Source of the DNA: Puccinia triticina
Lineage: Eukaryota
Direction of reading: 5' to 3'
Assembly: GCA_026914245.1 (NCBI GenBank)
Contig: CP110439.1
Span: forward strand, 7,874,001 to 7,938,000
Length of the DNA: 64,000 bases
The notes under the pieces are model-generated. The model did no database searches and was not told the DNA's origin. It saw only the letters and a program-made list of their open reading frames with translations. Position 1 is the first letter of the stretch, and each line of letters starts with the position of its first letter. The translations under genes and the position numbers were made by a program. Positions 1-13,800 of this stretch are shown piece by piece.

Positions 1-949
1 ACCCCGGCCGAGCAGCGTCGAGTACATCTCTTGTCGTCGGGCTGGCGGGCCGCTTCCCAGCTGTATGCGCGCTATTAGGATTCACAATCGTAATTTGCAA
101 AACTTCATGATTAGGTCACATTCTAACCTGAAGATGATTTTTTTTTTTAAAAAAAAAAATGGTAATCTGCATTGATTGATAAGCAAAACCCCCAGAGCAC
201 CTGCCGAAATTTTGAAATTTTGTTCATAAACACTACAAGAAAAAATCTAGAAACTGCTAGCAGTTGAGATGCAGAAGCTCAAAGGAAGCTTGAGCTGATA
301 CTCAAGCCTTTCTCAAAGTTGATTCCAACCAGGTTTGGATGCACAGTCACTGTCCATAAGAGAGCATCATGTAATCGTGAGGACTTACAATGGCAGTCAC
401 ACTAGGAGTATGCAGCTTCTAGAGTTTTTCTTCTAGTGTAGTTGTCTAGGTTTTGATGGTTCTCTGACATCATTGTAATCAAAGTACATATTGCCTCACA
501 CTCTTATCTTCTTGTAAAGTTCCATCAAGAGAAGGCAGTCACTTGCTCCTCAATCAAAATATCCTCCACATCCTCTTACTGTTCCAATTATGGGTCTGAT
601 ATTGTAACAACAGGCAAAACAATAATAATAATAATAAACACAGGCAACTTGCTATTTTCTATGTTTTAAACTATCTATACCACAGCAGACATTGAGAGAT
701 AGCCCAATGTTCCAAGAACAACAACTCAACTCTGTTTTCCCCAGAACCTGTGGGATGTTGAAGGGGTGCACCAACGGCTGTTTATGGAGCTCTCTCTCTC
801 TATGGAAGCTGCTGTGGGACTGTGGCCCAGTTACTCTGTCTGTGAAATTGGATAGGTCAGGAGACCCTTCACTGTTCAAAGAGGCAGAGGCTCAGATTTG
901 GCTGCAAGGCTCTAGGCCTGAGGACATTTCTAGAAGCCCAACACCGTCC

Positions 950-1556
950 AAAACTGCAAGAGCTATGCTTTGCTACAAAAAGCGGTGCTTTTGCCTAGCA
1001 AAGAGAAACACCACTACTCTAGATCCAGAGTAGCATTAGTGCTAGCAGAAAACCACTACTTAGAGCGGTAGCAAAGCGCCAGCACCGCTACTGCAAATTT
1101 GAACCACGCGTAGCAAAGCGGGATTTTTTCTGATTTTGCTAAATTTTAGTGTGGTGGCTGAATTGGCGCTCTTTGGCGCTATGTAGCGCAAGAAGCATAG
1201 CAAATGGGGCCGCTTTTGTGCCAGAAGCGTAGCAGGCAAGTCCACTTTCCTGTGCACAATTCCACAAATACAAATCAGTCATCAATCCTCCATCACTTTA
1301 TGATTTTGAGGATTGAAAGTTGAATGATACTACATTAGCACAGCAGAATTGCTACAGTAGTGTTTCTCCTGCTACTGTAGCAAGAAGCGTAGCGGAATGC
1401 AGCTACTTGCCTCTGGAAATAGCTTGCTATCTTTGTGTGTGTTTTTCCCTTTAGAAAAGTAGCAAAAAGTGTAGCACCTAGCCCACTACCAAAAGTGTAG
1501 CAAGGTGGAGTCAAAATTGCTATGCTTGCCACTACGCGCAGCGTAGTTCTTGCAGT
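950..1556. repeat. Degenerate MITE-like dispersed repeat (TAGC/GCTA-rich)
   Basis: Imperfect terminal inversion (ACTGCAAGAGCTATGCT near 953 vs AGCGTAGTTCTTGCAGT near 1540). The interior resembles a diverged copy at about 39830-40420. Boundaries are approximate. Confidence 0.5.
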
Positions 1557-2429
1557 GTTGCTAGAACCAAGGTCAGCTTTATTGCAATTGGCTAGCCAGG
1601 CAGAGAGAATAAATAGGGTCCGGATCTCTTCCGGGCTAGATACCCACAGGTATACCCAGACATGCTGGGAACAAGGGCCAGCACTATTCAAGTTGCCTTT
1701 TTTTGGGGGTCTGGACTCTGGTGAATACACATATCAATAGTTATTGATAGTTTGGAATCAGACATTGCTCTGAACCGGATGGTCTGTGAAAGCTGTGCTG
1801 ATGGGTATTGCCAAAAGAGATGGTGAAATCAAACCAATCCAATACCAGTATTGACCAATACTAAAATTGGATTGTTTTTCCAATACATAAGGATTTGATA
1901 CTGTGTATTATATCCAACAAAGGTACTATACAGTGGTATTGTACAAAGAAAAAATGGCTCAATACCACTCCTCCCTGGTTAGAAATCCTGTTACCGCGTA
2001 CTGCTCTGATTTTAACAGTCTCTTCAGGTTAAATCCTCTCTTCCTCTCTCCTACTTGTAGGTAGTCAATATTCATAGTGTCCAAGCAGCTCAAGGCAAAA
2101 TTACACTTAAAAAGCCCTATCCAAGTGATACCTCATGAAGTATTGGATTGTATTGGCAACACACCCGCATGTATTAGGGGGGTTTGCAATTGAAATTTAC
2201 AAAACTTTGGAGGTATGTAATCTTGAGGCCTTTATGAACAAAGTGTTAAGATCTTGGTAAGATGCACAGGCTTAGGTGACGCTGATAAATCAGTGCAACC
2301 AATCAATTTTTTTTTAAAATGTCTACAAACAGTAAATTTCAATTGTGAAACCCTAATGGAATGTAGTGACCCAAGACAAATGTATGAACATGCTGGAGGT
2401 TCAATCCCCAGCAAGTCTCAGTCCGCAAT

Positions 2430-2590
2430 ACAGGAATTAACTGCTCGGAAAATCTTGTCCGAGCAGTCTTCGGATTTTTTTTGTCTGACAAGTTCAGCAA
2501 CTTGCTGGGCCTGGGCTACCGAACTCTTCGGACAAAGTCTGTCCGACAGCCTGTCGGACAAAATTATCCGAGCGGATAATTTATGCAGTC
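2430..2590. repeat. Short palindrome-rich repeat (TGTCCGA/TCGGACA motifs) upstream of the TRAPPC11-like gene
   Basis: Multiple inverted TCGGACA/TGTCCGA motifs. A similar stretch occurs at about 36108-36272. Confidence 0.45.
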
Positions 2591-2750
2591 CCGGCGTTCC
2601 ATATGCTCAAGTTCGAAAGTCGAGTGACATGCTGGTGAAAGCTCTGAGGATTACGTCAGCCGACCCCCTATGATCTATACGATCGATGACGGTTGCTCCA
2701 ACAAATATTTGTTTAACAAATATTGAAACAGTTCCATCATCAAGAAACAG

Positions 2751-5700
2751 ATGGAGAGCCTGTGAGTCACCAAGTTTCCATTCTACCTGCCTAACGGAAC
2801 CGACAGCGCTGACCGAGATATGGTCGCAGCCCAAATGAATTCCTCTCCCACCATCTGCCGCTCATGTTCTTTGCCGGCATCGAGCCTTCCAAGCCGACAC
2901 CCGCCGAGGACAACCCGCCACCATCCAAGGACCCATTCGAGGGGCTCATCGAACACCTGCGGGCAGTCCTAGCACCCAAGCGGGCCCATCCATCCATCTG
3001 GATCCCACGGAAGAGCCCCCAGCCCACCCCGGAGTACCGGGTCCTGCTGGTCCCCAAGGTCAGCTAATTACCTGTTCATGACCAAAAAAAGATATATACA
3101 AAAAAGGAGTAGAGCCTAAATCCTTCCTCACCAGTCAATCAGCTTCCCGCCCCGAAAAACTAGACCCTCCTCCACATCCACCAATGCAGTCGCCCACTCG
3201 CCACTCTCGCCACTATCCCAGTCCTCCCCACTCTTCCCCGACGGGATCATCACCCCGATCTGGATCAGAAAACATCGCGACATGATCCCCTCAGTCTTTG
3301 TGCTCACACTCAGGCTATGGGAGCCAGCCCAACACCAGTCTCCCCATCCCACTGAGCACGAAAAATTCGACCACCAACTGATCTACGAAATCTCCGAGCG
3401 GAAGAAGACAACGTCTGAACGGGGCATCAAACTGGCCGTCATCATCCTCACCTCACGATACATGCTCGACAACCCCCAGCTGGACACCAGACTCAGCTAC
3501 ATCCGAAAGAAATCCACACTCGACACGCGCGCCTCCCTCTTCGTCCTGTCCCCCGTCCCAGCCCATGACCTCGTCAACTTTGTCCATACGCTCAAGGCCG
3601 AGCTCTACGAATCCACGATCGACTACTACCGCGAGCATTCCCGAAGGGTCCGCAGGAAACGGAGCAGGTCCACCTCGAACGCCTTTGCACAATCTACCAG
3701 CTATCACCAGCCAGGACAGCCCGTACTCACCCCGCTGAGCCCCCAAGGATGGAGCGTCCGGAGCGACTACAAGCTGGCTACGTTTGCCGAATTCCGTCAG
3801 GAGTATGAGCTCGCCATCAAGTCTTACGAAGACTGCTGGGAAGGACTGCTCCAGATGTTCAACAGTACTGCCGTCCTGCCTCCAAGAACGAAAAGATGGG
3901 CAGAGGCAAAGGTTCTGATCGACTGCATCAGTTTTAAGGCAAGCTCCGCCCTCTTTCACCCAGCCAGATTACCAAATACTCATCTGGTCTTCAGCTCTCT
4001 ACCCTCTCTCTCTCCACAGATCTCCAAGCTTTATTTGTATTCGAATGAGCCGACTAGAGCGATGTATCAGTTCAACAAACACATCGCCAAGTTCCGCGAG
4101 CTGTGCAACGGCTGGGGGATCGGCGACGAGACCTACGAGTTCTGGGCCTGGCTGTCGAAGCAATACACCGTGCTAGCCGACCTGGTCGACATCGGCTGTC
4201 GCAACGGGATGCGGCTGCCCAACCTCTGTCCCCCATTGATGGCGCCCAGCGACAAGACCCGGACCAGTTCACCCGTCTTATCCGACTCGAGACTGCTCGC
4301 CGGCGGGGCTATAAACTTGACCGGCGTGCTCGTCCACCCCGGCTTCTACTACTTCTATGCCGCCCAATGCGCCGTCGAGCGTCGCAATAAGTTCCAGGCT
4401 AGTGAGGCCGCTGAGGTCAGTACTTCATTTACTTCGCTAAAACAAAAAAAAAAAAAGTTGGCAGCATCTGACAATCTATCTTGCCCCCGGAATAGGAGGA
4501 GATGCGCGCGATCGCCCAGGCCAAGGACGAATCCAACTCGTTCCAGGCTTCGCCTGCTCTGGCGCACGAGCGAAAGATAAACCATGGGGAACTGATCATC
4601 AGTGTGGGTCCACGACTTCCCTTCCTCGCTCTATAAACACTATCAATCTCGGGAGGGATGAAATGAAGTGCGGGCTGCTGATTGTTCAACAGTTGTACAC
4701 AAAAGCATACGAGATCTTCAAGACCGTCGGCGCGAGTCGGATGACCCTGTTCCTGGCGCTCAAGATCGCCCACGTCCATTACCACCAGAACGACCACCCC
4801 ACGGCGTGCAAGTTCTTCGAGCGGATCGTGCCCTCGTATCGTAAAGCGGGCTTCACCAGCCTGCTCGACACTCTTCTGTATCTCTCTTTCCGCAACTTGA
4901 GCGCGCTTACTGCGAAAACGACGACGACGACGGCGACGACCGAGAGTGCGGCTTCTGAAGCTGGCCCCGCATCCAAGGAGGCGGTCGAGTTGTTCAAAGT
5001 CACCCTCGAACTCTTGGCCAACGAGAACCTACAGGCGTCTCCAACCGGGAGTAGTGGCGCAGATCTTCGCACGTCGTTGGCCGGCTTGCTCGAGGTTAAT
5101 TGCAAAAAACACTTGCTCTGAAGTTTTGACATAGCTAATCGAAATCTTCTTGTAGCCCCTTTCGCAGTCTCCGACAGTGGAGACTGACGTGACGACGCTT
5201 ACGATCGAGCCATCGGCCTTCCCAGGTATGCGTGTACATGATTTAGTCAGATCCTCCTGTCACCAAGATTGAACTGAATCTCCTGGGGGGAAAACATTGG
5301 TTGCGTCTGGACAGTGCGATCCCAAGTGAAGTTTTGGGAGCCGTCCATCGCGCTTGGCGAGACGGTTGAGTTCCAGGTCTTGGTGAACATCCCGCAAGGA
5401 TTTGCGGACAGCCGGCCGACGATGGCCCGGCTGAGTCTGAAGTTCACGGCCATGCCTGTGCTCACGATCAACCACCACGCAGGTCAGGCAGGGCCCAACC
5501 AAGGCTCGCAGACGCTCGATATTGGGACACTTTCCGGCGACGATGATGAAGCATTGTCTAGCCAGACGCTGGACCTCCATGTGGCTGATAAGTCCTATTG
5601 GCTGATCACAGGCCGGTTGAGGCCGACTGTGGTCGCCAAAATCGCCCTCGAACAGCTCGTCTTTCGCTTCGATAACATCCTCAACGGCCGCCGCTTCGAT

Positions 5701-7826
5701 CTCGTCGTCGCGCCTGACCCGGCCGCAGACCTTGCTCATCCAGCACGCTGGATTGAAAGAATTGATTCTGCGAGCCAGCAGCCCGTCTTCCTCAACACAG
5801 AGAGCTTCGAGTCGATGTGCAAGTCCGTGGCAACATCCATTCTTCAGTTTTCCAGAACCTGTCTGACATCCTCACCTTTTCCCTCAACCTTTTTTTATCC
5901 GCTTCTTACGGAATTGTCAGGGTGCAGCACAAAAAACCCGAGCTCTCATTTTCTTTGGAGGCCGAGCCCTGTGGGATCATCCATAAAGCACACGATCTGC
6001 GCGTCGTCATCGGCAATCTTGAGCAGGAGGCTTTACATTTGAAGCTTCTTGTCAAGCTGCAATCTCCCTCTACCAGTCAGTTTTCCAAAAAAAAAAAAAA
6101 AAAAAAAAAAAACTTTTCTATCTCAAAAAGAAAAAAGCTTAGATTTATGCATATTTATCAGCAAACTAATGACTTGCAAAAACCTGCTCCGAATTTTCTC
6201 CTGTGCGACATGTGGCTATCGACAAACAGACGATACGCTCGAGATGGATGGCGAAACGCACAGGATCGCGTCACTCTTGACTCTGAAGCTTGGGCCGATC
6301 AAGCCGTCGGAAACGCTCCAGAAAAGGTTAAGCTTCGTGCCGACAGAAGTGGTTGGCAGGCGCGTAGTGGAGCTCAGTCTGGCGATCAAAGCGGCCGTCG
6401 ACGATCGGCACATCAGCCAAAACAAGGACGAGGCGCAGGATAAAGAGGGAGACAATGATGACGATGACGATGAAGACGATGACCAGAAGCTGGACAGTCT
6501 GAGAGTGTTCAAGATCACCCGGGAAGCCGCGCTCGAGATCGAGGACCCCGTCCGGCTCCAGTACACCGTCCAGCACTTCCATCAGCCGTACCATCCCCAG
6601 CGGCCATCTTATTTCACGGCTTCGAAGATCCGCCATCGCTGTGTTCTTAACCTCGTGATCTCTAATACTTCTTCACAGACAGATCAGGCTTTCTTAGCTT
6701 TGTTGGATTCGATCAGGGTTCAGAGTGTTGCACTTTCCTTGCAGGTATGTCTTTCACATCCTTCATTTTGCCAAATATATTGTATGTCTTAATAAAATTG
6801 AGATCTTGATTCCACTCTCCTTTCTCATAGACAGCATCATGTCCCGTGAGGATGATATCCTGTTCTCTGCCTGACTATCACTCCTCGGAATTAGATATAG
6901 GTCGGTAGGCTGCCCGCATCTTGTCAATCTTCCATTGCGATCTTCGATTGACGATCATCTGCGTCGGCTGGTTTTTCATAGGAATGGAGACCGGAAATTC
7001 GTTTGCGATCAGTTATGTCCTCGAGGTTGAAGTTGATCCCGTTCAGGAAAAAGTGACAGGCTGTTTTGTTGAAGTGAGATGGGCGTGGTAAGTACTCCAA
7101 TCCAGAGCGAGGTGGATTTAGTTGATTTATCCTACTTTGACGTCCAGTCCTTCCCCGGATGGGGCCCAAGACACCCATTCGAAACAGATTCCACTAGAGA
7201 TCGATCGGCCGACTTTAGCCCCGATAGCGGTACTCACGGACCTCAAACCGCATCTCAAACTGATGGAACCAGTGGAAGTGAATTACATGATTGAGAATCG
7301 AGACCCGACGAGGACAGCCGACCTGGTCGTCAAGCTTTCTGAGCCCCCGACGAGCAGCAAGGGCGGCAGTGAATGGATGATTTCTGGGCCGAAGTTGATC
7401 AACTCGGTCTTGGTCTTGCCCCGCTCGTCCAAAGTGATTTCTCTGGTCTGTATTCCGACCCAACTGGGCCAGATCAGCGGCCCGAAGGTCGAGGTGTTCC
7501 AGCGGATAAACGCGCGCAACTTGGTGATGATGAGCAGCAGCGAAACCTTGAGTCGATTGTCGGGCGCACAGGTGCATCAACCGTCGGTGTCTAGTCTGAA
7601 GGACCTGCAAGAGCTCGACTCCAGCTATGATGGACCCGACCCACCCACTCCCGCCTCTCAATCGGCCTCCAAACTCGTGCCCGTCGAGATCGTCAGATCC
7701 CACACTCTCGCAGAGAAGCTCCCTTCTGTTGGCGATCCTACTCGGCCCGACGACCAACTCAAGAGCCAGAATCGATCGTCTAAGATCCCGGATCGATCGT
7801 TGAAAGTCCTAGTCTTGCCTGCTTAA
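2751..7826 (+). CDS. TRAPPC11: Trafficking protein particle complex subunit 11 (foie gras/TRAPPC11-like), multi-exon
   Basis: ATG 2751; splicing intron 2762-2829 (GTGAGT..CAG) gives MESLPNEFLSHHLPLMFFAG. Later exons carry HSPLSP..SPLFPDGIITPIWIRKH, YYREHSRRVRRKRSR, GWSVRSDYKLATFAEFRQE, LPPRTKRWAEAKVL and ETYEFWAWLSKQY, typical of fungal TRAPPC11. ORF pieces are separated by short introns; stop at 7826. Confidence 0.85.
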
Positions 7827-9058
7827 ATAATCTGTCATCCTTCTCTTCCCGCAGTGTACACATGTGATCTTTTCTTTTGTATCTCTCTGTGTTTATTCTC
7901 CACTCACCATTCTCTGTCTCTGTTTTTCCAATATTCACCTGGTTGTTCAGCTTTTTTTTCTTACAAAAGAAATGTAAATTATCTCAACAGATTTCACCTT
8001 CACTGCCTTATGACAGAATCTCGACTGTCATGACAAAAACCTCCTGAGTCATCGATGTCATCAGAATCCCTCTGCCTATTACATATGATTCGGGACGGAG
8101 GCGGCGCAGAATGTCATGCAGGAAGTCCGGCAGGGATCCGGAGTGGAACCTGCGCCCGAGTCAGAAGCTTCGTGTATGGGCATCGGAAGTTGTTGTACAT
8201 ACAACATCTGATGCAGCATTGATAGCGCCCATCCGCCGATCGCCACTTGGCACATCCATACAAAATATTAGGCTCAAGTGCGCCACTATCAGTATTCAGT
8301 CATGTCGATGATTGCGAGTTGTATAGTGGCCGTCTATGTCCGATCAGCCCACCATCCAAATGCACCCGGGACAGGCTCATCGGACCACTTCGTCGGCGTC
8401 CTGACCATCCCTGCCGGTAGCGGTGTTTGTGAATATTTGCCACAGAGGAGTCTGTCCCGGTCACCGGAACACAAGGAGCCCCGATTTTGCTGCAATCTAC
8501 CCACCTCAGAAATATCACATCTACTACTCCGCAATGGTCCGTTCTCCACAATCTCACTCAAAGTTCAGACAGACCCCATGCTCTTCTCAAGGCGTTTAAA
8601 ACGTAGATCTCAATTTCGGTCGTGAAACACGCGAAATACAAGGTAGATTAGCACGTATCAAACTTAACCTTCTGAGGGGTCCACTCCTGGCCAGGAATAT
8701 AGTGAGCTGATGATACCACTGAAACAGTAGGACTCGAGATGCGTGTCTGGTGGAGGAAAGATGAGAAGAGATCCTGCTCGACTGCTGATTCAGAGCTACA
8801 ATCTTAGCGCGCACTGTGTCTCGAGCGAAACATGTGAGGAGCATAAAAGAAACAGGAAAACAGGACGAAATTGTGTATCACTCGTAGTCTCAAAAGTGTC
8901 GTTTCTGGTTTGAAGGAAAAATTTCAAGAACCACGTCATCGCGACCTCCTTCCCGGGCGTAAAATCACAGTCTCCGTCGGCTGCACCCACCAATCATTCC
9001 TTTTCCACCGCATCGGCTTTCCACAGTTCAGTCTTGGGCATTTTGCAGCTACATAATA

Positions 9059-9948
9059 ATGATCCCCTGGTCACTTCTCCTAGTTGAGCGGGCTTTTCTT
9101 TTTTTTTCTTTCTGTGATGTCCGGCCTTCCAATCCTAACAGCATTCAAAACATTCTTTCCTTTCAAATAAATCGGCAGCTTTCAGGGCAATGTTTGAGCG
9201 CACTACCGGGAACCAGCGGGCTTTATAGTCCGAGACAGCCTTTGCGAGTTGAGCAATTAAGCGGCATTCAACATTCAGCCGAACAAGATTTGGGACTTAG
9301 ATGGCAGACCGGCGAAACAATTCTTCGATCGCCGTCTCTTTCAGCATGGTCTTTGGAACTTGAGTCAGTTCAACAGGTGAGCAGACGATCTACACTCTAG
9401 GAACAGGTGTAACTTCTTTGAAGATGCAATTTTTGAATTGCTTGTTGTATTGATATCTCCAGGAGTACGGCCATCAGCTGCTGAGTATTATCATCCAGCA
9501 GCCGAGTGATACGAATCGAAGAAGACGCGTGTCTGAAAGCTCTCGTATTTCGATGGATGATTCTAATGTCCGTTTCATAGAGTTAGAAGATAACCCAGAC
9601 ATCAAGGACGGTGAAGAAAACGACTGTCCGATTTGCTTATCAGAGCTCCAGGTGGGCACTGGAGAGAAGAGAAAACAGTGCACATCCTGCTCAAAAATCT
9701 TCCATAAAGTTTGTATTGAAAAATGGTTCATAGGGAATTGCACTTGTCCAAATTGTCGGGCGACGGTTCCCGGGTTACAATGTCTAAGACCAGACCCGCC
9801 ATCCTCTGATGTGGAACAAGTGGTTGAAGGTCGCAGACAAACGATACCGTGGTACCGCGATTGCGTAATCCTTGCCCCTATTGGCATGGTCATAATTGCG
9901 CTTCTATCTCTATTGGCAGTATTATTGAAACACCTTCCCTGGCACTAA
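9059..9948 (+). CDS. Small RING-variant (C4HC3) zinc-finger protein with putative signal peptide and C-terminal transmembrane helix; 3 exons (about 9059-9082, 9179-9376, 9463-9948)
   Basis: Last exon encodes CPIC-x14-CTSC-x4-H-x2-C(IEKWF)-x10-CPNCR followed by hydrophobic VILAPIGMVIIALLSLLAVLL. The phase-0 intron 9377-9462 (GTGAGC..CAG) joins the upstream ORF in frame. The first intron donor (GTTGAG) is weak. Confidence 0.7.
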
Positions 9949-10867
9949 AAACCTCTCTTCGACCAGTGCTCTTTGTCAAACACTCTTAATGGCAGCATCA
10001 GAACCTTTTTTTTATCAGGTGAAATCCAATCCGACATTCTCTGGCTCCTTTAGCGTGGCGGGGCAATTCGTGAACCCAGCCTGGACGCTGCCTCTCCGCA
10101 CCCCTGGGTTTTTTTGTTTCTTGATCTGGCTCTCATAAATGCTTGCTATCAGGCTCTGGGGCGCATGTGCACGACATGTGATTAAGCCTTGTTCCAGGCG
10201 CTTGGCCCTTGGCGATAAAATAATATAAAAATACAGTGAGACGTGCGAACATACTCATAAGTTTACTCCGGCAAGGTCTTCGCCACAGGCTCTTCGCCCT
10301 GCTGAATTTTTCAGTGTGAAGTCAGGAGAAGACTGACAACCGGCAATTTGATTGAAAGCCAAAAAAGTCCCTCCTCTGCGGGGCTGAGTGGGGAGCAGAG
10401 TGCTGCCGACCGCAGGGAGGGACTTGGCTCTAGCCTAACTAAGCCTCTCGAACGGAGGGGGGGGGGGGGCACATCCCGAAGGGACTCTCCGCAGGACAGC
10501 CCAGGCTGTACCAGGGCCCTCCGAAGTGGGGGATTTGGGTTAAAGTTAGGACTTGACTAATTCGGGGGTCGTGGCGTAGCGAACTTAGCCAAGTCCCTCT
10601 CTTGCCTGAGGCTTTGCCGGACTTGGTTAAGTTCGGGCGCGTAGAGCATCTCACCCAAATCTGTGTTGGGTGGAGAGCTCAAAGGAATCGATAATCTCAT
10701 TACATACAGATGGAATGAGTCTAAGTAGTATCTACAAGAGTCTGTGACAGGCCACGTAGTCGAGGTCACTGTACATGTCATCTACATGTACCAACACCCC
10801 CCCCCCCCCCTCGACAAGAAACTGGCACACAACTAGCAAAGAAGAGAGAAGGAAGAAAAAAGAATAT

Positions 10868-13800
10868 TTAAGAAGAGTACCCTTGAATTATCGCCGCAAT
10901 TGCCGTGTGGTTTGATTTTCCCAGAGATTTGGTGAGTATATCCGCGATTTGGTCCTTTCCTGGGATCCAATGGAGAGATGTCTTCTTTTCGTGTAGGGCT
11001 TGGTTGGTAACATAGAAATCGCGTTCGACGTGATGTGTCCTTTTGTTGGACGCGTCCTCGCAGCCTATCTTGACCACCGATTGGTTGTCGCAAAAAAGCT
11101 GAATCTGGAAGTCAACCCCCAGGATATCTGCAAGGAGGTTTCTGATCCAAAGGGAGTGACGCGTCGCGTGGCCCAGAGCCATATATTCTGCTTGGCACGT
11201 GGCGGCGCAATACCCACATGATGGGGCATCCGAAAAGGCGGATCAGAACTCCATACGTTGAGCGTGAATTGGGTCCACCCCAGTTTGCATCAACATAGCA
11301 GCCCACCCTTTCTTCTTTGGTCCGTTGCGGGAAGATCTTCAGGCACCGTTCCTTTGTGCCGGCCACGTAACCAATGAGGTGGTGGAGCGCTTTCCAATGC
11401 TCAGTCGACGGCCTTGAAGAGAAGCGTGCTAAGCAATTAACGCCGTAAGTGATGTCCGGCCTAGTTCCAATTGAGACATAGTTCAAACGGCCAATGACCG
11501 ATAGATAAGCAGTAGCATTCACGCCTGGTTCCCCGTCTACAAAATTGCTGTTGAATCCCTCCGGGAGTGGAGTCGTGTAGGTTGTTTTGCCGTCCCACCT
11601 CTCCTTGAGGACCTTGTTGATCAGGTTTGGCTGAGTTAGCTTAAAACCTTGTTCAGTACGCTGGATTTTCACACCAACCATGCTCGTTAGACCTTCATTC
11701 CACTTGATCTCCAGGCTGCCTTTGAGTTCAGTCTCCAGCTTTTTTAATGCCACGTCCGAAGACCCCGTGACTATTCCGTCGTCAACGTGGACCCAAATTA
11801 TCGACCGGTCCGTCTTGTTGCTCAGGGTGTACACACTGGAATCATAGTAACTTGAGACGTATCCTAGTGAGGCCAGGGTAGAGCTAAGATGTTTCCACCA
11901 GCAGCGGGCTGCTTGCTTGGTACCGTACAGCGCCTTGTCCAGAATACAGGCTTCGCCTGCCGCGAGGTCTAAACCCTCCGGTGCCTTTACCCACACCTCT
12001 TCGTCGATGGGAGCGTTCAGGTACGCGGCGACGAAGTCGAAATTGTAAACTGGCCAGTTGTGCCGTGCCGCTATCGTCAGGAGGACTCGCATTGAGGTGA
12101 ATGTGGCGGTGGGGGCGAAGGTATGGGCATAATCTGTCCCCTCTTTTTGATTGAAACCCTTCGCGACGTATCGGGCCTTGTACTTGATGGTCCCGTTGGA
12201 GTTGGTTTTCTTCGCGAATACCCATCGGGCCCCAAGGGCGCGGCGTTTAGCTGGTAGCCGCCGGACTCTCCAGACTTTCTTGCGTCGAAGATTGTCGAGT
12301 TCTGTGTCGATGGCTGCCTTCCAAAGTTTGGCTTCTCCACTTCGCATGGCTTCCTTGAAAGTTGATGGCACATCAGAGTACCCGCTTCTTGTGCTGTTTT
12401 GAGTCTTGTCAACGTTTGCTTCTTGTTCTTGAACAGCCTCCTCATGCACGAAGTTGCCTAGTTCCAACGTGTTGGCTTCCGTTGCCGTAGGAGCCGCTGG
12501 TAAGCAATCACGGCCGAAGTCCGCCCACGCCGAAGCCATGAGCTTCTTGGTTTTCGGGATCCAGAATGTCCACCCTTTTGATTCTTCCAAATGTCCAATA
12601 ACTAGACCTTCGACTGCTTGATTGTCTAGTTTCTTTCTCTTTTCCGGTGCTACCAGGACATACGCTTTGGAACCAAACACACGCGCGCGATCTAGTTGTG
12701 GCTTATCTCCGAAGAACTTCTCAAAAGGGGTCATCTCCTTTGTTGTCTTGTTGGGAATGCAGTTGAGCGTCCATGCCGACCAGATAAACGTGTATCCCCA
12801 GAACTCTTTCCCAAGGCAGCTGTCGTAGAGGATGCTCCTGCCCATGTCTGCTACCGTACAATTGTACCGCTCAGCTGCGCCATTCTGGAAATGGTGATAG
12901 GGAAGGGACCTTTCTGCAATCACACCTTTCTGTGTTAGGTATGTTTCAAAAGTCTTGGAGTTGAACTCGCCACCGTTGTCCGAGCGGAGGATCTTGACTT
13001 TCTGGCCGGTTTGGTTCTCCCATCTGTTCAGAGTTTGCATCAACATGTTTGCTGCATCTGATTTGGCTTTCAAAACTTTAACTTCACTGTAAGACGTGTG
13101 AATATCGCGTATGGTCAGGGCGTACTTACCACCATTCATGGTTGGGGGGTCAAACGGGCCCATCAGATCAACGCAGACTACCGATAGTTTCTCGGAGCAT
13201 CGATTTGACGGTCCTAGAACCGCTGTCCTGGTCGCTTTGCAAATTGAGCAAACAGGGCATTTAATCGAGCCAGTAGGCATCTTATCAGGAAGACCATAAC
13301 CTAGTTTCATTTTGACCAACTGTCTTATTTGTCGGAGGCTGGCATGGCCAAAAAGGCGATGCCAGAACAGGAGAGTTTTCTCATCTGGGGTCAGGTCTTC
13401 TGGGTTCCAGGTGAATTGACTACTCTCAATGAAATTTGGCGACTGGAAGCAAGAATTCATTTCAACATTTTCAATAGGCCGCGGAGTAACAACAGGACTA
13501 GAAACATTTTGGTTGGATGGACATAGGGAAATCCTAAGGGGACGAGGAAGAGGCCAGGTATTTGTCCGGATGTCAAAATGGCTCCGAAGGAGTAGTTTTC
13601 CCGCGGGGCTAACCAGGTCAATAGTGTCGAAGTTGTTGCTGACGTGAAAACAGGCGTTAGATTTCTTGAAGGCTGCTACAGACAGCAAAGTGGATCTTGC
13701 CCGCTCACAGTAATATACTCGTTTAACAGCGATGATTATTGAGTTCATCCCTCAAAATCTCAAGGTACCCATACCTGTAATATAGTCACAGGGGCCATCA

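Noticed and set aside
652..2673. Short ORFs upstream of the TRAPPC11-like gene
   Set aside because: No recognisable motifs; they overlap degenerate repeats.
6087..6112. Poly-lysine tract in the TRAPPC11-like protein
   Set aside because: The poly-A run follows a GTCAGT donor near 6076 and lies in an intron ending near 6229.
13749..13754. Programmed stop-codon readthrough between gag and pol
   Set aside because: The TGA falls inside the protease region of a normally single copia ORF, in a copy with other lesions; a point mutation is simpler.
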